Made by a program: the position numbers and the translations under genes
The notes under the pieces: generated by a model
Told to the model about the DNA's origin: nothing
The model's input: only the letters and a program-made list of their open reading frames with translations
Database searches by the model: none
NCBI GenBank assembly: GCA_965115915.1
Contig: OZ220483.1
Location: 1,211,067-1,275,066 of the forward strand
DNA from: Gammaproteobacteria bacterium
GTDB lineage: Bacteria > Pseudomonadota > Gammaproteobacteria > Eutrophobiales > Eutrophobiaceae
Reading direction: 5' to 3'
DNA length: 64,000 nucleotides
Part shown: piece by piece, positions 49,031 through 61,321 of the stretch
How the letters are laid out: each line of letters begins with the position of its first letter
Position numbering within the stretch: the first letter of the stretch is position 1

Positions 49031-50875
49031 CTATTCCACGGTGACGGATTTGGCAAGATTGCGCGGCTGATCCACATCCGCCCCTTTGAGCACAGCGATA
49101 CAGTAGGCGAGAATTTGCAGTGGGACCGTGTGCAACAACGGGGATAAAAACGGATCCTCCGCCGTCGGGACACGGAACAAGCCTGTCCAGCGCCTCCTGT
49201 CTGTTTCAATGCTGTCGTCAGCAAACAGGCAGATCTTGCCTCCACGCGCCTTCACCTCCGCCAGGTTTGGCAACATTTTGTCTTTCAGTGTGTTATTCGA
49301 CAGTAATCCAACAACCAACACATCTTCCTCAATCAATGCCAACGGACCATGTTTCAGTTCGCCTGCGGCATAGGCTTCCGCATGAATATAAGACACCTCC
49401 TTGAGTTTCAGCGCACCTTCCATCGCCACTGGAAACAACAGGTTCCTGCCCAGATACAACACATGTTCCACGTGGGAAAAATCTTCCGCAAGCGCATTGA
49501 TTTTTTCGTACTGCTCCAGAATCCGCTGTATCTGCTGTGGCACTTTGGACAAGGCACAGCCCAGCGCCTTGCGTGCTTCCGCAGGTATCCCCCGATGCTG
49601 CGCCATAGCCAGCACAAACAGGAACAATCCCATCAACTGGGTAGTAAACGCCTTGGTAGACGCCACGCCGATCTCAACGCCCGCACGAGTCAAAAACACC
49701 AGGTCCGCTTCACGTATCAAAGAACTCTCGGGAACATTGCAGATCGCCAGGGTGGCAGCGTATCCACACTCCTTCGCCTTACGTATGGCTCCAAGTGTGT
49801 CCGCGGTCTCTCCGGATTGTGATATCGCAATCAGCAGGCAATCCTCCGGCACTATCGGTTTCGTATATCGAAATTCACTGGCTATCTCCACCGAACAAGG
49901 AACACCGGCGATTTCCTGCAACCAGTATCTTGCCACCAGGCCAGCGTGATAGCTCGTGCCACATGCCACCATGGTGACACTACGCACACGGGGGAAGATC
50001 TCCCGTGCGGCACTGCCAAATATGTCGATAACAACAAAATCGTCCAACAAACATCGATCCAAGGCGGCATGCAACACCTGTGGTTGGGCAAATATCTCCT
50101 TAAGCATGAAATGACGATAATTTCCCTTATCCCTGGCCTGTACGTCCTGATCCGATACCGTCTCGGTACGCTGCACAGCTTCCCCGGCATGGTTATAAAT
50201 GACATGGGAAGCAATGCGGATATCGGCGATGTCTCCCTCCTCCAGAATGACGAACTTGCGGGTATACGGCAGCAGACAAAAGATATCCGACGCAATATAA
50301 TTTCCCTCATCACCAATTCCCACAATCAGCGGACTACCACAACGCACCGCCAGCAAACGCCCAGGTTCTTTCTGGCTAATCACTCCCAGTGCATAGGAAC
50401 CGGACAAACGACCAACACAGGAACGCAGTGCTTCCAGAAGACTTGCACCCGCCTCACAAAATGAATGGATGAGCTTGACGATGACCTCGCTATCCGTATC
50501 CGAAGCAAACTCATGGCCCTGGGCCAGCAACTGTTCACGCAATTCCTGGTAGTTCTCAATAATGCCGTTATGCACCAAGGCAAGATTGTTGTCGCATACA
50601 TGCGGATGCGCATTGCTGACATTGGGCTTGCCATGCGTTGCCCATCGAGTATGGGCAAGACCCGTACCCCCTGTTGGTTTTCTTGCGCCGCCATTCAGCA
50701 GCATATCCTCCAACTGGCGAACCTTGCCTGCAACCCGGACACACTGCAAGCCCTGTACCGGATCAACAGTAGCGACCCCGGCAGAGTCGTAACCTCGATA
50801 TTCCAGCCTGTGCAAACCCTCCAGCAGCGGAGAAAGTGCATCCTGCCGTACAACCGCACCAACAATGCCACACAT
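49031..50875 (-). CDS. glmS: glutamine--fructose-6-phosphate aminotransferase
   Basis: 614 aa; MCGIVGAV N-terminal nucleophile Cys, two SIS domains, and the C-terminal ..NLAKSVTVE. Confidence 0.98.
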   Translation of the reverse strand: MCGIVGAVVRQDALSPLLEGLHRLEYRGYDSAGVATVDPVQGLQCVRVAGKVRQLEDMLLNGGARKPTGGTGLAHTRWATHGKPNVSNAHPHVCDNNLALVHNGIIENYQELREQLLAQGHEFASDTDSEVIVKLIHSFCEAGASLLEALRSCVGRLSGSYALGVISQKEPGRLLAVRCGSPLIVGIGDEGNYIASDIFCLLPYTRKFVILEEGDIADIRIASHVIYNHAGEAVQRTETVSDQDVQARDKGNYRHFMLKEIFAQPQVLHAALDRCLLDDFVVIDIFGSAAREIFPRVRSVTMVACGTSYHAGLVARYWLQEIAGVPCSVEIASEFRYTKPIVPEDCLLIAISQSGETADTLGAIRKAKECGYAATLAICNVPESSLIREADLVFLTRAGVEIGVASTKAFTTQLMGLFLFVLAMAQHRGIPAEARKALGCALSKVPQQIQRILEQYEKINALAEDFSHVEHVLYLGRNLLFPVAMEGALKLKEVSYIHAEAYAAGELKHGPLALIEEDVLVVGLLSNNTLKDKMLPNLAEVKARGGKICLFADDSIETDRRRWTGLFRVPTAEDPFLSPLLHTVPLQILAYCIAVLKGADVDQPRNLAKSVTVE

Positions 50876-50878
50876 TTT

Positions 50879-51397
50879 CTACTCCAGATACTGCTGATGC
50901 AGTTTGCGACTATGGAAACGATTCACCGGATCAACAATAAACTGATTTGCTTTAAGTTTGGCATGCAACATCTGGTTAGGCGATAGTTTGTTTTGTCCCG
51001 CGATAGAATCCACCTGCCGTTTGGCCCCCTGATGGCCCTGTTGTGAGGCCGCAAACAACCAGGTAAAGGCATCCAGATAGTCCTGCTTGACCCCGGTACC
51101 ATCATACAGCATGACACCATAATTGCGCTGTGCCCCGGGATAACCCTGTTTTGCAGACTTGACATACCAGGCCGCGGCCTTCTGCATATCTCGCGGCCTG
51201 CTCAAGCCCATCTGGTAGTGAACGGCAATATAATATTGCGCCTCAGCATCTCCCGCCCTTGCCGCCGGCAACCAGGACTGATAGGAACGCTGGTAGTCTC
51301 CTGAAGAAAATGCCTGGAACGGATCCTCTTCAGCCTCCCCGGTACACGCCAGCATAGTGATACAGCAAAAGAACACTAGCGTCCAGGATCTATTCAC
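50879..51397 (-). CDS. Sel1-repeat lipoprotein
   Basis: 172 aa with a GTG start; lipobox ITMLAC. AEAQYYIAVHYQMG, AAAWYVKSAKQGYPGAQRNYGVMLYDGTG and WLFAASQQGH Sel1 repeats. Its stop is 3 nt before the glmS start. Confidence 0.8.
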   Translation of the reverse strand: MNRSWTLVFFCCITMLACTGEAEEDPFQAFSSGDYQRSYQSWLPAARAGDAEAQYYIAVHYQMGLSRPRDMQKAAAWYVKSAKQGYPGAQRNYGVMLYDGTGVKQDYLDAFTWLFAASQQGHQGAKRQVDSIAGQNKLSPNQMLHAKLKANQFIVDPVNRFHSRKLHQQYLE

Positions 51398-51552
51398 TAT
51401 CCTGGCACTATCTGTAGATGGGACATACTGGCTGACACATCTGTGCCAGTATCGTCTGGTACCGACATGGCTATCCGAGACAGTGTGCAGACCGTCTCGA
51501 AATCGAAATGTCGTTTGCGGGTGCGCTGGAATACCACAGCAAAAGACACGAC

Positions 51553-51629
<77 letters not shown>

Positions 51630-51738
51630 ATTCAATACTCCCCCCAGCAAGGGTACACGCAACTCCCAAGCGTTCACCCCACCCTTCAGTTGCCTGTATG
51701 CCGGAGCCGCAGAAAGGCATTCACTCCGTCACTCCAAA

Positions 51739-52095
51739 TCAGCGCTGGAGTATGCCCAGTAACTCTGTCAGTTCACTGCGCAACTGCCGAATAAGCAGCT
51801 TTCTCTGACTGGCATCATCCTTCACCTCATCGCTCTCCAGGCACTGCCTGGCACCACCGATAGTATAGCCTTGCTCATAGAGAAGAAAACGGATGTGTCT
51901 GATGAGAATGACGTCCTTGCGCTGATAATAGCGCCGGTTCCCCCGGCGCTTGACCGGATTTAACTGCGGGAACTCCCTCTCCCAGTAGCGCAACACATGA
52001 GACTTGACAGCACACAACTTGCTGGCCTCTCCGATGGTGAAATACCGCTTCCCGGGGATCGGGGGCAAATCAATCTGGCGTGATCCGTCCAGCAT
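51739..52095 (-). CDS. MerR-family transcriptional regulator (the conserved ihfA-downstream type)
   Basis: 118 aa; [52 protein letters not shown] helix-turn-helix. Overlaps the ihfA 3' end by 26 nt. Confidence 0.88.
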   Translation of the reverse strand: MLDGSRQIDLPPIPGKRYFTIGEASKLCAVKSHVLRYWEREFPQLNPVKRRGNRRYYQRKDVILIRHIRFLLYEQGYTIGGARQCLESDEVKDDASQRKLLIRQLRSELTELLGILQR

Positions 52096-52378
52096 AAGTC
52101 TCTACCCGTGTTTTGAGTTTTTGCCCACAGCGAAAGGTAACCACACGCCGGGCGCTAATCGGGATCTCCTCATTCGTTTTAGGGTTGCGCCCCGGACGCT
52201 CGGATTTGTCGCGCAGGAGAAAATTTCCAAAGCCAGACAGCTTGACTGGCTCTCCCGATTCCAGGACACCGCTCATTTCTTCAAAGAACAACTTGATCAA
52301 CTCTTTTGCTTCACGCTTGTTCAGTCCAAGCTCCGCATTCAGCCGCTCCGCCAGATCCGCTTTGGTAACCGCAGACAT
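52070..52378 (-). CDS. ihfA: integration host factor subunit alpha
   Basis: 102 aa; TKADLAExL...[17 protein letters not shown]..[36 protein letters not shown]. Confidence 0.97.
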   Translation of the reverse strand: MSAVTKADLAERLNAELGLNKREAKELIKLFFEEMSGVLESGEPVKLSGFGNFLLRDKSERPGRNPKTNEEIPISARRVVTFRCGQKLKTRVETYAGRITPD

Positions 52379-52380
52379 CG

Positions 52381-54771
52381 TTAGTCTTCTCTCAACTTTG
52401 CAAAAAACGCCACTTCTAACTCCGATAGCAACACTGCCAATCGAGCCTCAATATCAGACCGTTGCAGAGTGCCGGAAAAACTTTGAAAAATCAAGGAAAA
52501 TGTCACACCTTTAGTCCCCGGGCCAATCTGCCCCCCATGATATACATCAAACAGCTCCATTTCCACCAGTTCCGCACCCAAAAAATCCCTGATGAAACAA
52601 AACAATTCTCCCACGGGCACAGACTCCGGCACCGACAACGACAAATCGCGCCGCATGGAAGGGAAACGGGATGGCACAAAACCCATCACCGGCCTGGGCA
52701 TATCCACAGATTCCATTTGAATTTCAAAAAGATATATCGGAGAACCGGCATTATTCCAGTACTGGGACGGATGCAAACGCCCGAATGTGGCAATCTGCCG
52801 TTCATGCTGAAAAAAACCCGCCGCCTGTCCCGGATGCAGAAACGGATGCCGAACAGCCTGGCACACCAGGACATCAGTCGCATGCAGGCCCAAGGCACCC
52901 ATCAGCACCTCCAGGTCTCCTTTGACATCATAAAAATCACTGTTGCGTTTCTCCATCCCCCACTGAGTATTGCAATTTTCTCCACAGACAACGCCACCCA
53001 GCGCAAATCGCTGTCGTAATCCCACCACCGGGCTTTCGTCAAAAACCAGACCGGATTCGAACAGACGCACCCGTTCATGCTGTCGATGCAGATTATAGTG
53101 CGCCGCCTGCAGCAGTCCTGGCCAGAGACTACTGCGCATCACCGACATCTCCGGCGCGATCGGATTAAGTAAGCGCAGGCTGCCACAGTCCGGCAACACG
53201 GCCTGCTGTGTTTCGGGATCCACAAAACTCCAGGTCATCACCTCCTGATAACCTCGCTGTACCAGCACCTGACGCATTACCGAAAGGCGGTCTTTTGCCG
53301 ATTCCGCAGCGCGACCATCCCCTGCCATGCGCACGGCAGGTAACGTACTGGGAATGCTCTGATATCCACGGATCCTCGCCAGTTCCTCTATCAAATCCTC
53401 TTCGATGCCGATGTCAAAACGATGGCTGGGGGGAGTCACTTCCCAACCACTCCGGATACCTTTCAGTCGCATCCCCAAACGGTCAAGAATATCCTCCACT
53501 TCCTCATCTGCAATCCGCGTTCCCAACAGCACCGCTATACGCTCCCGTCGCAAAGACACTGCGGAAATCCGAGGCAGACTTTGTAGGCATTCCCTGCACA
53601 CCAACGGTCCGGCCCTGCCCCCACAAATATCCAGGATCAGTTCCGTCGCCCGCTCCACCGCCAGTGTCTGCAAACCCGGATCAACACCGCGCTCAAAGCG
53701 ATAGGCCGATTCCGTATCCAAGCCATGCTGCCGAGCCTTACCCGCAATGTTTTCCGGCACAAACCACGCGCATTCGAGAAAGATACGGCGAGTATCCGTC
53801 TGTACAGCGCTGCCCTTCCCTCCCATAATCCCGGCAAGCGCCAACGGCCCACTATCATCCGTAATCAACAGGGTATCCGGCCGCACCTCGCAAAGACTAC
53901 CGTCCAGCAATACCAGTTTCTCTCCACCGGCAGCCTTGCGCACCCGGATACTTCCCTGTAAACATCCATCATCAAAGGCATGCAACGGTTGTCCCAGTTC
54001 CAGCATAACGTAATTGGTGATATCCACCACGGCATTATTCGACCGTATGCCAGCACCCTGCAGATATCGCCGTATCCAAAACGGCGTCCTGCAGCCCGCA
54101 TCGACCCCTTCGATGATTCGGCCACAATAACGTGCACAGGCAGGGCTATCCAGTACCACCTCCCTTTCTCCTACATTCTCTGTCGCGTTGCTGGCCATCT
54201 CAATCTTTGGTGGCGCACAGCGGTTCACCGCGGCCAGTTCCCTGGCAATGCCCAATACACTCAGACAATCACCCCGATTCGGAGTCACAGCAATATCCAT
54301 CAGGTGATCATCCACCGGCAACAGAGAGTCAGTCGCAATGCCGAGCTGTGTATCATCATCAAATTCAATGATGTGATCGGCATCGTCCGAAAAGCCCAAT
54401 TCCTGCTCAGAGCATAGCATCCCCTCCGAGGCCACACCGCGGATACTGCGACTTTCTATCCGGCGCCCATCTGTCAGCACCGTCCCTGGTGGAGCCCAGG
54501 CAGTGATCAGGCCGGAACGGACATTGTCAGCACCACAAATCACATTTGCCACCATCTGTCCGCCATATTCCACCTGGCAGCACTTAAGCCGCTCGGCATT
54601 CGGATGTTCATGTACCGATACCACACAGGCGGCGATGACACCCGGGGTCTCATAACAGGCGCGGCTAATCTTTTCCACCTCCAATCCAACCATAGTCAAC
54701 TGCGAACCAAGCTCTGCCACATCATGCTGCAAACAAAGCAACGTGCGCAGCAACTTTTCACTGGTTTTCAT
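52381..54771 (-). CDS. pheT: phenylalanine--tRNA ligase beta subunit
   Basis: 796 aa; tRNA-binding OB domain, B3/4, B5 and FDX-ACB domain order. Confidence 0.97.
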   Translation of the reverse strand: MKTSEKLLRTLLCLQHDVAELGSQLTMVGLEVEKISRACYETPGVIAACVVSVHEHPNAERLKCCQVEYGGQMVANVICGADNVRSGLITAWAPPGTVLTDGRRIESRSIRGVASEGMLCSEQELGFSDDADHIIEFDDDTQLGIATDSLLPVDDHLMDIAVTPNRGDCLSVLGIARELAAVNRCAPPKIEMASNATENVGEREVVLDSPACARYCGRIIEGVDAGCRTPFWIRRYLQGAGIRSNNAVVDITNYVMLELGQPLHAFDDGCLQGSIRVRKAAGGEKLVLLDGSLCEVRPDTLLITDDSGPLALAGIMGGKGSAVQTDTRRIFLECAWFVPENIAGKARQHGLDTESAYRFERGVDPGLQTLAVERATELILDICGGRAGPLVCRECLQSLPRISAVSLRRERIAVLLGTRIADEEVEDILDRLGMRLKGIRSGWEVTPPSHRFDIGIEEDLIEELARIRGYQSIPSTLPAVRMAGDGRAAESAKDRLSVMRQVLVQRGYQEVMTWSFVDPETQQAVLPDCGSLRLLNPIAPEMSVMRSSLWPGLLQAAHYNLHRQHERVRLFESGLVFDESPVVGLRQRFALGGVVCGENCNTQWGMEKRNSDFYDVKGDLEVLMGALGLHATDVLVCQAVRHPFLHPGQAAGFFQHERQIATFGRLHPSQYWNNAGSPIYLFEIQMESVDMPRPVMGFVPSRFPSMRRDLSLSVPESVPVGELFCFIRDFLGAELVEMELFDVYHGGQIGPGTKGVTFSLIFQSFSGTLQRSDIEARLAVLLSELEVAFFAKLRED

Positions 54772-54793
54772 CGCAAGTCAGGTCGTGAAACAT

Positions 54794-55852
<1,059 letters not shown>

Positions 55853-55909
55853 TCAATAGCCAGGAAACCCGGTCAAGCTGGTAGCATTCCGAAATCCGAT
55901 AGACCGGTA

Positions 55910-56266
55910 TCAGTCCAGGGCTTGCCTTGCCTTGGCGGCGAGCAAAGCAAAAGCGGGCTTGTCAGATACTGCAATATCCGCCAGTATCTTCCGATCCATT
56001 TCGATAGATGCCTTTTTCAACCCGTTAATCAATCGACTATAGGACAGTCCATGGACACGGGCAGCGGCATTGATACGCACAATCCATAGCGCACGAAACT
56101 GGCGCTTGCGTTGTCTACGGTCCCGGTAAGCATACTGCCCTGCCTTGATAACAGCCTGCTTGGCAACACGAAACACATTTTTCCTCCGGCCACGGTAACC
56201 CTTGGCCTGGGCAATAATCTTTTTGTGTCTGGCATGTGCAACGACACCGCGTTTTATTCTGGGCAT
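55910..56266 (-). CDS. rplT: 50S ribosomal protein L20
   Basis: 118 aa; [39 protein letters not shown]. Confidence 0.98.
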   Translation of the reverse strand: MPRIKRGVVAHARHKKIIAQAKGYRGRRKNVFRVAKQAVIKAGQYAYRDRRQRKRQFRALWIVRINAAARVHGLSYSRLINGLKKASIEMDRKILADIAVSDKPAFALLAAKARQALD

Positions 56267-56327
56267 ACCACTGACTCCTCGTGCTCGCTACTTTCTATTC
56301 ATACCCTGTACTGATGAAACACCTGGC

Positions 56328-56525
56328 TCACAGATATGGCACCATTCTGGCGACCAGTCGTTGGTCCTGGGCGGCCACCTCCTGCATACCACGCAACTGG
56401 CGCTTCCGCTTGCTACTCTTTTTGGTCAGTATATGGTTGCGGTGCGACTGGCGATGGCGAAACTTCCCTGACGCCGTGCGTGAGAAACGCTTGGCCGCGC
56501 CTCGATTGGTCTTCATCTTTGGCAT
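56328..56525 (-). CDS. rpmI: 50S ribosomal protein L35
   Basis: True start [14 protein letters not shown] at 56525 inside ORF 56328..56588; 65 aa. Confidence 0.96.
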   Translation of the reverse strand: MPKMKTNRGAAKRFSRTASGKFRHRQSHRNHILTKKSSKRKRQLRGMQEVAAQDQRLVARMVPYL

Positions 56526-56679
56526 TTTTCTCTCCAGATTGATGGATTGCAACCAGTCACAAAAACCGTGCAATCCGCCCAGTACCACAAAACCGGTTAC
56601 GCGATATAAAAATACCTGGGACAGGCCATGAACAAGTCACTGTCTCCAGGGAAATACACGGCAATTCCCTGGCCATTTG

Positions 56680-57195
56680 CTATTTCTTGGGGGTCAGGAC
56701 CATCACCATCTGCCTGCCTTCCAGTTTGGGAAACTGCTCAACCACACCATGTGCAAGCAAGTCTTCCTGAATACGTTCCAGCATCTTCAGACCCAACTCC
56801 TGATGCATCATCTCGCGTCCACGAAAACACAATGTCACCTTGGTCTTGTTGCCGCTACTCAGGAACCGGATCAAATTCCTCAGTTTTATCCGATAGTCAC
56901 CTTCGTCGGTTCCGGGTCTGAACTTTATCTCCTTTACATGAAATTGTTTCTGCTTGCGCTTGGCAGCGTGACGCTTCTTGCTTTGTTCGAACTGATACTT
57001 GCCATAATCCATCAATCTGCAAACCGGTGGCTCGGAATCCGGCGCGATCTCCACCAGATCAAGCTCCGACTCGTCAGCATATCTCTGTGCCTCCTCCACA
57101 GGCATTATCCCTACTTGCTTGCCCTGCACACCTATCAATCGCACTGTTTGCGAATCAATATCCTCATTAAGGCGCAACTGCCTATCTACGGTAAT
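56680..57195 (-). CDS. infC: translation initiation factor IF-3, with a non-canonical AUU start
   Basis: The ORF track opens at TTG 57177. Six in-frame codons upstream lies ATT (57195-57193), preceded by GGGAGGA with a 7-nt spacer (tGGGAGGAtggacacATTaccgtagataggcagttg). This gives [13 protein letters not shown].., matching the conserved AUU-initiated infC. Confidence 0.9.
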   Translation of the reverse strand: MTVDRQLRLNEDIDSQTVRLIGVQGKQVGIMPVEEAQRYADESELDLVEIAPDSEPPVCRLMDYGKYQFEQSKKRHAAKRKQKQFHVKEIKFRPGTDEGDYRIKLRNLIRFLSSGNKTKVTLCFRGREMMHQELGLKMLERIQEDLLAHGVVEQFPKLEGRQMVMVLTPKK

Positions 57196-57250
57196 GTGTC
57201 CATCCTCCCATATTCATATATCAATCTATCCTCCGTCAGGAAATATCATG

Positions 57251-59161
57251 TCAAAAACCCGGCACCTCAAACTGCTTATGCGACCGGGAAAGAAACTGTT
57301 CCAGGCTCATTGCTCCCAAATCATCGCCTTCACGGCTACGCACCGCAACCAAGGCTTCCTTCTCTTCACGGGGCCCCACTATCAGCAGGTAAGGTACACG
57401 CTGCATGCTGTGCTCACGGATTTTAAGTCCAATCGTTTCATTTCTCAAGTCTGACAAGACACGCAAGCCCCGAGAATCCAAGGCCGCTTTTATCTGGCCG
57501 GCATAAGCTGCCTGCTTTCCCGTGATCGAAAGCACGACTATCTGCACCGGACTCAGCCATCCCGGCAGACTACCTGCAAAATGTTCCAGCAATATACCGA
57601 TAAAACGCTCCAGTGAACCCAGGATGGCACGATGCAGCATAACTGGTGTTTGCCTGCTACTGTTTTCATCAACATATGTGGCCCCCAGCTTGGCCGGCAT
57701 GGAAAAATCCACCTGTATCGTCCCACACTGCCAGACCCTGCCTATACAGTCCCGCAGGGAAAATTCGATCTTCGGCCCGTAGAAAGCCCCTTCCCCAGGC
57801 TGCAATCGCCAATCCATCTCCCTGGATTCCAGTGCCTGACGCAGTGCCTCCTCCGCCTTGTCCCAAACCGCATCCTCACCCACGCGCTGTTCGGGACGGG
57901 TGGAGAGGCTGACCAGCACTTCATCAAAACCAAAATCCGCATAGGCCGCATACAGCATATCAATAAACGTGGCCACTTCTGACTGGATTTGCGCTTCAGT
58001 GCAAAATATGTGGGCATCGTCCTGGGTAAAATGACGCGCCCGCATCAACCCATGCAGCGCCCCCGAAAGCTCATTCCGATGACAGGAACCAAACTCCGCC
58101 AGCCGTAGCGGAAGATCGCGGTAACTCTTCAAACCCTGATTGAAAATTTCCACATGGCAGGGACAGTTCATCGGCTTGATGGCATAAGATCGGTTTTCCG
58201 ACTGTGTGATAAACATGTCATCCTGAAATTTATCCCAATGTCCGGAACGCTCCCACAGGGAGCGATCCACCAGTTGCGGAGTACAAACTTCCTGATATCC
58301 GCCACGCAACATCAACCGGCGTATATAGGATTTGACAACAGAATACAGTGTCCAGCCTCGGGGGTGCCAAAATACCATGCCTGGTGACACCTCCTGAAAA
58401 TGAAACAGATCGAGCTTTCCCGCCAGTTTTCGATGATCGCGCTTTTCCGCCTCCGCCAGACGCTCCAACCAATCGCCCAGAGACTTTTGATCTGGCCATG
58501 CGGTACCGTATATTCGCTGTAGTCTCTCATTACGCGCATCACCTCGCCAATAGGCGGCAGCCAACTTGGTCAACTTGAATGCCCGCAACCTGCCCGTACT
58601 CGGGACATGCGGCCCCCGACACAGATCAGTAAAATCACCCTGGCTATATAGTGAAAGCGGCTCTCCTTCTGGAATGGACTCAATGATCCGCGCCTTGAAC
58701 TCCTCACCCTGATCCCGGAAAAAATCGATCGCATCGTCACGTGACATCTCCGACCGGGAAACCGGGATGTCCTGGGCGACCAGTTCCCTCATGCGTTCCT
58801 CTATGCTGGCAAGATCCTCCATGGTAAAGGGACGGTGATAGGCATAATCATAATAAAATCCATCACTGATGACCGGGCCTATGGTAACCTGCGCCTGCGG
58901 ATAAAGCTGCTTCACCGCCTGTGCCATAAGATGCGCACAGGAATGACGAATAAGTTCAAGGCCCTCCGGGTCACGATCCGTGATGATGCGCAAGCTGGCA
59001 TCGGTGGAAACCACAAAACTGGCATCAACCAGTTTGCCATCGACCTCTCCCGCAAGAGTCGCCCTGGCAAGGCCATCACCGATATCCCGAGCGATATCCA
59101 TGATGCTGAGTGCCTGCGTATAGTCCCTGCTATTGCCATCAGGGAGCGTGATCACGGGCAT
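57251..59161 (-). CDS. thrS: threonine--tRNA ligase
   Basis: 636 aa; [10 protein letters not shown]-type TGS domain, editing-domain HSCAH motif, class II core, and an anticodon-binding C-terminus. Confidence 0.98.
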   Translation of the reverse strand: MPVITLPDGNSRDYTQALSIMDIARDIGDGLARATLAGEVDGKLVDASFVVSTDASLRIITDRDPEGLELIRHSCAHLMAQAVKQLYPQAQVTIGPVISDGFYYDYAYHRPFTMEDLASIEERMRELVAQDIPVSRSEMSRDDAIDFFRDQGEEFKARIIESIPEGEPLSLYSQGDFTDLCRGPHVPSTGRLRAFKLTKLAAAYWRGDARNERLQRIYGTAWPDQKSLGDWLERLAEAEKRDHRKLAGKLDLFHFQEVSPGMVFWHPRGWTLYSVVKSYIRRLMLRGGYQEVCTPQLVDRSLWERSGHWDKFQDDMFITQSENRSYAIKPMNCPCHVEIFNQGLKSYRDLPLRLAEFGSCHRNELSGALHGLMRARHFTQDDAHIFCTEAQIQSEVATFIDMLYAAYADFGFDEVLVSLSTRPEQRVGEDAVWDKAEEALRQALESREMDWRLQPGEGAFYGPKIEFSLRDCIGRVWQCGTIQVDFSMPAKLGATYVDENSSRQTPVMLHRAILGSLERFIGILLEHFAGSLPGWLSPVQIVVLSITGKQAAYAGQIKAALDSRGLRVLSDLRNETIGLKIREHSMQRVPYLLIVGPREEKEALVAVRSREGDDLGAMSLEQFLSRSHKQFEVPGF

Positions 59162-59338
59162 ATTCGCCTCCTGCCAAAATTACAGCACAACGGCAAAGAA
59201 AACAGGTAAACAGATTCAAGCACGCGCTTGTTTGCGGACAGCCCCAAAAGTATCCCGCATGCGGGAGGAGAAACAAACAGACTAGCAGCCATGTTCAATA
59301 TCGGGCAATATCTTAATACTCCGCTAACACAAAGATGA

Positions 59339-59415
59339 TGGTAGGCGCGATTGGATTCGAACCAACGACCCCCACCATGTCAAGGTGATGCTCTAACCAA
59401 CTGAGCTACGCGCCT
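59339..59415 (-). tRNA. tRNA-Val (anticodon GAC)
   Basis: Minus strand: AGGCGCG-TA-GCTC-AGTTGGTTA-GAGC-A-TCACC-TTGACAT-GGTGG-GGGTC-GTTGG-TTCGAAT-CCAAT-CGCGCCT-A-CCA. A 77-nt cloverleaf. Confidence 0.95.
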
Positions 59416-59574
59416 ACTGAAATTTTCCTGGCTGCACCGCCACCACCGAAGCATCAAAACCCACAAGGCAGCAACAAACCACAACGGGTCACAGTACTTG
59501 ACGATCTCCAACGTCCGAGACAATACGTACCAGCCCGCATTATACAACACGGGAATAGATAAACCATTCAGTAT

Positions 59575-60441
59575 TCAGTTATCCAGGGCCTTGGTACTGA
59601 CCAGGCTCAAACTCTCCTCCATCAATGGGGTATTATCGGAGTCGGAGACGATCAGGGTCCGGATACTGTAAAGACCGCCAGGAATGTGTTCGGAAAGGAT
59701 AATCTCGTACAGCTTGCCGGAATATTTCTCGAAACGGCTCCGGTAAGGGTCATCGACATAGGGATTGAAACTTATCTTGCTGGCAGGCACCGTCTCTCCG
59801 GCAAATTCCACCATGACCGGCTCCACGGTAGTGGCTTCCCGCAAGGCCATCTTGATCCGCTTATGGAAATGCCGCCAGTTGCCTTTGGTCAACCGACTCA
59901 TTTCGTACACATCACCCTGAAAGTAAATGCCGAGTACTGGATTGCCCATGATGTCGGTAACATTAGCGGGGTTTACCTGCTGCTTCCGACTGCCCGTGAA
60001 AAAATCCAGCCGGGCAGTCTTGGTGCCATCATCATTGAGTTGATATACGCTGAGATACACGGCATCGGAAAACCCCTCTTCTACCGTGCCGGTCTTGACA
60101 AACTCATAATACAGTTGCGTGGGTTGAACAATATTCTGCAGATGATCGGACAACCATAACAACTCTTCCGCCTGACTGAATTGGAACCCTTCCGGGATCT
60201 CCTCGACTTCGCCCATGGCCCCGATATGGGCCTGGATCTGCTCCTCGGACAACGGCACTCCACCAGAATGCTTTGTTTCCCCATCAGTACCCTGCGCCGC
60301 CTCTTCCTGCGAAAGCGCCGGTCCGCCGAACCCGATGCAGAACACACAGGCCAGTAAAATGCAGCGCCACGCGAATCGGAACCCGGTCCTCTGCCGACTG
60401 CCAACCTCCACCTGAACCGGCAATAGTCTAGTCATCATCAT
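59575..60441 (-). CDS. secreted hypothetical protein, last gene of the pseudoazurin-xoxJ transcription unit
   Basis: 288 aa; N-terminal hydrophobic signal (WRCILLACVFCIGFGGPALS) and an acidic linker, with no Cys in the mature part. No family recognised. Its start overlaps the xoxJ stop by 14 nt. Confidence 0.7.
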   Translation of the reverse strand: MMMTRLLPVQVEVGSRQRTGFRFAWRCILLACVFCIGFGGPALSQEEAAQGTDGETKHSGGVPLSEEQIQAHIGAMGEVEEIPEGFQFSQAEELLWLSDHLQNIVQPTQLYYEFVKTGTVEEGFSDAVYLSVYQLNDDGTKTARLDFFTGSRKQQVNPANVTDIMGNPVLGIYFQGDVYEMSRLTKGNWRHFHKRIKMALREATTVEPVMVEFAGETVPASKISFNPYVDDPYRSRFEKYSGKLYEIILSEHIPGGLYSIRTLIVSDSDNTPLMEESLSLVSTKALDN

Positions 60442-61321
60442 CCTGCCTGATCGTCTTCCTCAGTGGCACCATGGGGATATTGTACTGCGCAAGTATCTTG
60501 TGAATCTTGTCACGGTTTTTCTCTATCAGCTCATTGATTACCTGCTTCCATTGTTCCTCCCCGTGACGCACTGCCATGGAAAGATTGTAGGAGAAAATCA
60601 TCTGACGGTTTGTCTTGACATCATCTTCCAGCGGCAATATCACCAATTCCTGCTGGTCCCGATACTGCTGGGCATAATAGCCGGCAAATGGCCCCCAAAC
60701 CACTGCCATGTCCAATTTTCCATCCATAATGTCCTTGAGCATGACATACGCAGGGCTCTTTTTTACGTCGCCCGTATGGCCCTGGTAAGGCACCACGAAA
60801 CCCATCATGTCCTGGTAAAAAACCCACAGTTGCCCCGGGCCACGATCCGTCGCACCGATACGCGGCGCAAGCTGCTTGCGCGACACCAGCTCACTCAACT
60901 GTTCGGCATCCTTCAACTCATCGTAGCCCCTGCCCCTGGCATAAACCAGCACCCAGGTCGAGGCATAATAAGGGATCGTGGTGGAAGCCAATTCAAATCC
61001 GTCCGGAACCGTGATCACAAGATCACATTTATATCCTGTACCCTCCTCCAACTGGGCACGCAGGGTATTGCGTATGAAGCCCATACGCTGCGGGAAAAAA
61101 CTGTACTGCACCTCCATGCCGAGTTCCTGCCCGAACAGTTCGGCTATCTTGTTCTCATACCCTTGTTTCCCGATATTGGAAAACGGCAACATGTGGGGGT
61201 CCGCACAGACTTTGAGTGACGCCGGCTGCTCAGCCTGTGCCCCAACCGCGAAAAGCAGCAGCAAAGGCAGATACCACAGGCAGGCAATCAGGCGCCTCAT
61301 ACAACAACCCAGTCCGTTCAT
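60428..61321 (-). CDS. xoxJ: MxaJ/XoxJ-family periplasmic binding-protein-like protein (quinoprotein dehydrogenase-associated)
   Basis: 297 aa; signal peptide, LKVCADPxxLPFSN and GYENKIAELF, typical of MoxJ/XoxJ (PBP type 2 fold). ATGA overlap with the upstream pseudoazurin stop. Confidence 0.85.
   Translation of the reverse strand: MNGLGCCMRRLIACLWYLPLLLLFAVGAQAEQPASLKVCADPHMLPFSNIGKQGYENKIAELFGQELGMEVQYSFFPQRMGFIRNTLRAQLEEGTGYKCDLVITVPDGFELASTTIPYYASTWVLVYARGRGYDELKDAEQLSELVSRKQLAPRIGATDRGPGQLWVFYQDMMGFVVPYQGHTGDVKKSPAYVMLKDIMDGKLDMAVVWGPFAGYYAQQYRDQQELVILPLEDDVKTNRQMIFSYNLSMAVRHGEEQWKQVINELIEKNRDKIHKILAQYNIPMVPLRKTIRQDDDD

Noticed and set aside
51398-51552. Genomic island integrated at tRNA-Pro (and likewise at tRNA-Val, 59339-59415)
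   Set aside because: No integrase and no direct repeat of the tRNA 3' end was seen. The flanking genes (Sel1-glmS; thrS; xox genes) carry no mobility signatures.
59243-59266. Terminator or thrS operator-like hairpins between tRNA-Val and thrS
   Set aside because: TCCCGCATGCGGGA followed by TACTTTTG is a short, nearly loop-less palindrome with a weak T-tract. A CAAGC-GCGT-GCTTG hairpin has a CGU-containing loop, but of only 4 nt. This is too weak to call either a terminator or a tRNA-Thr mimic.
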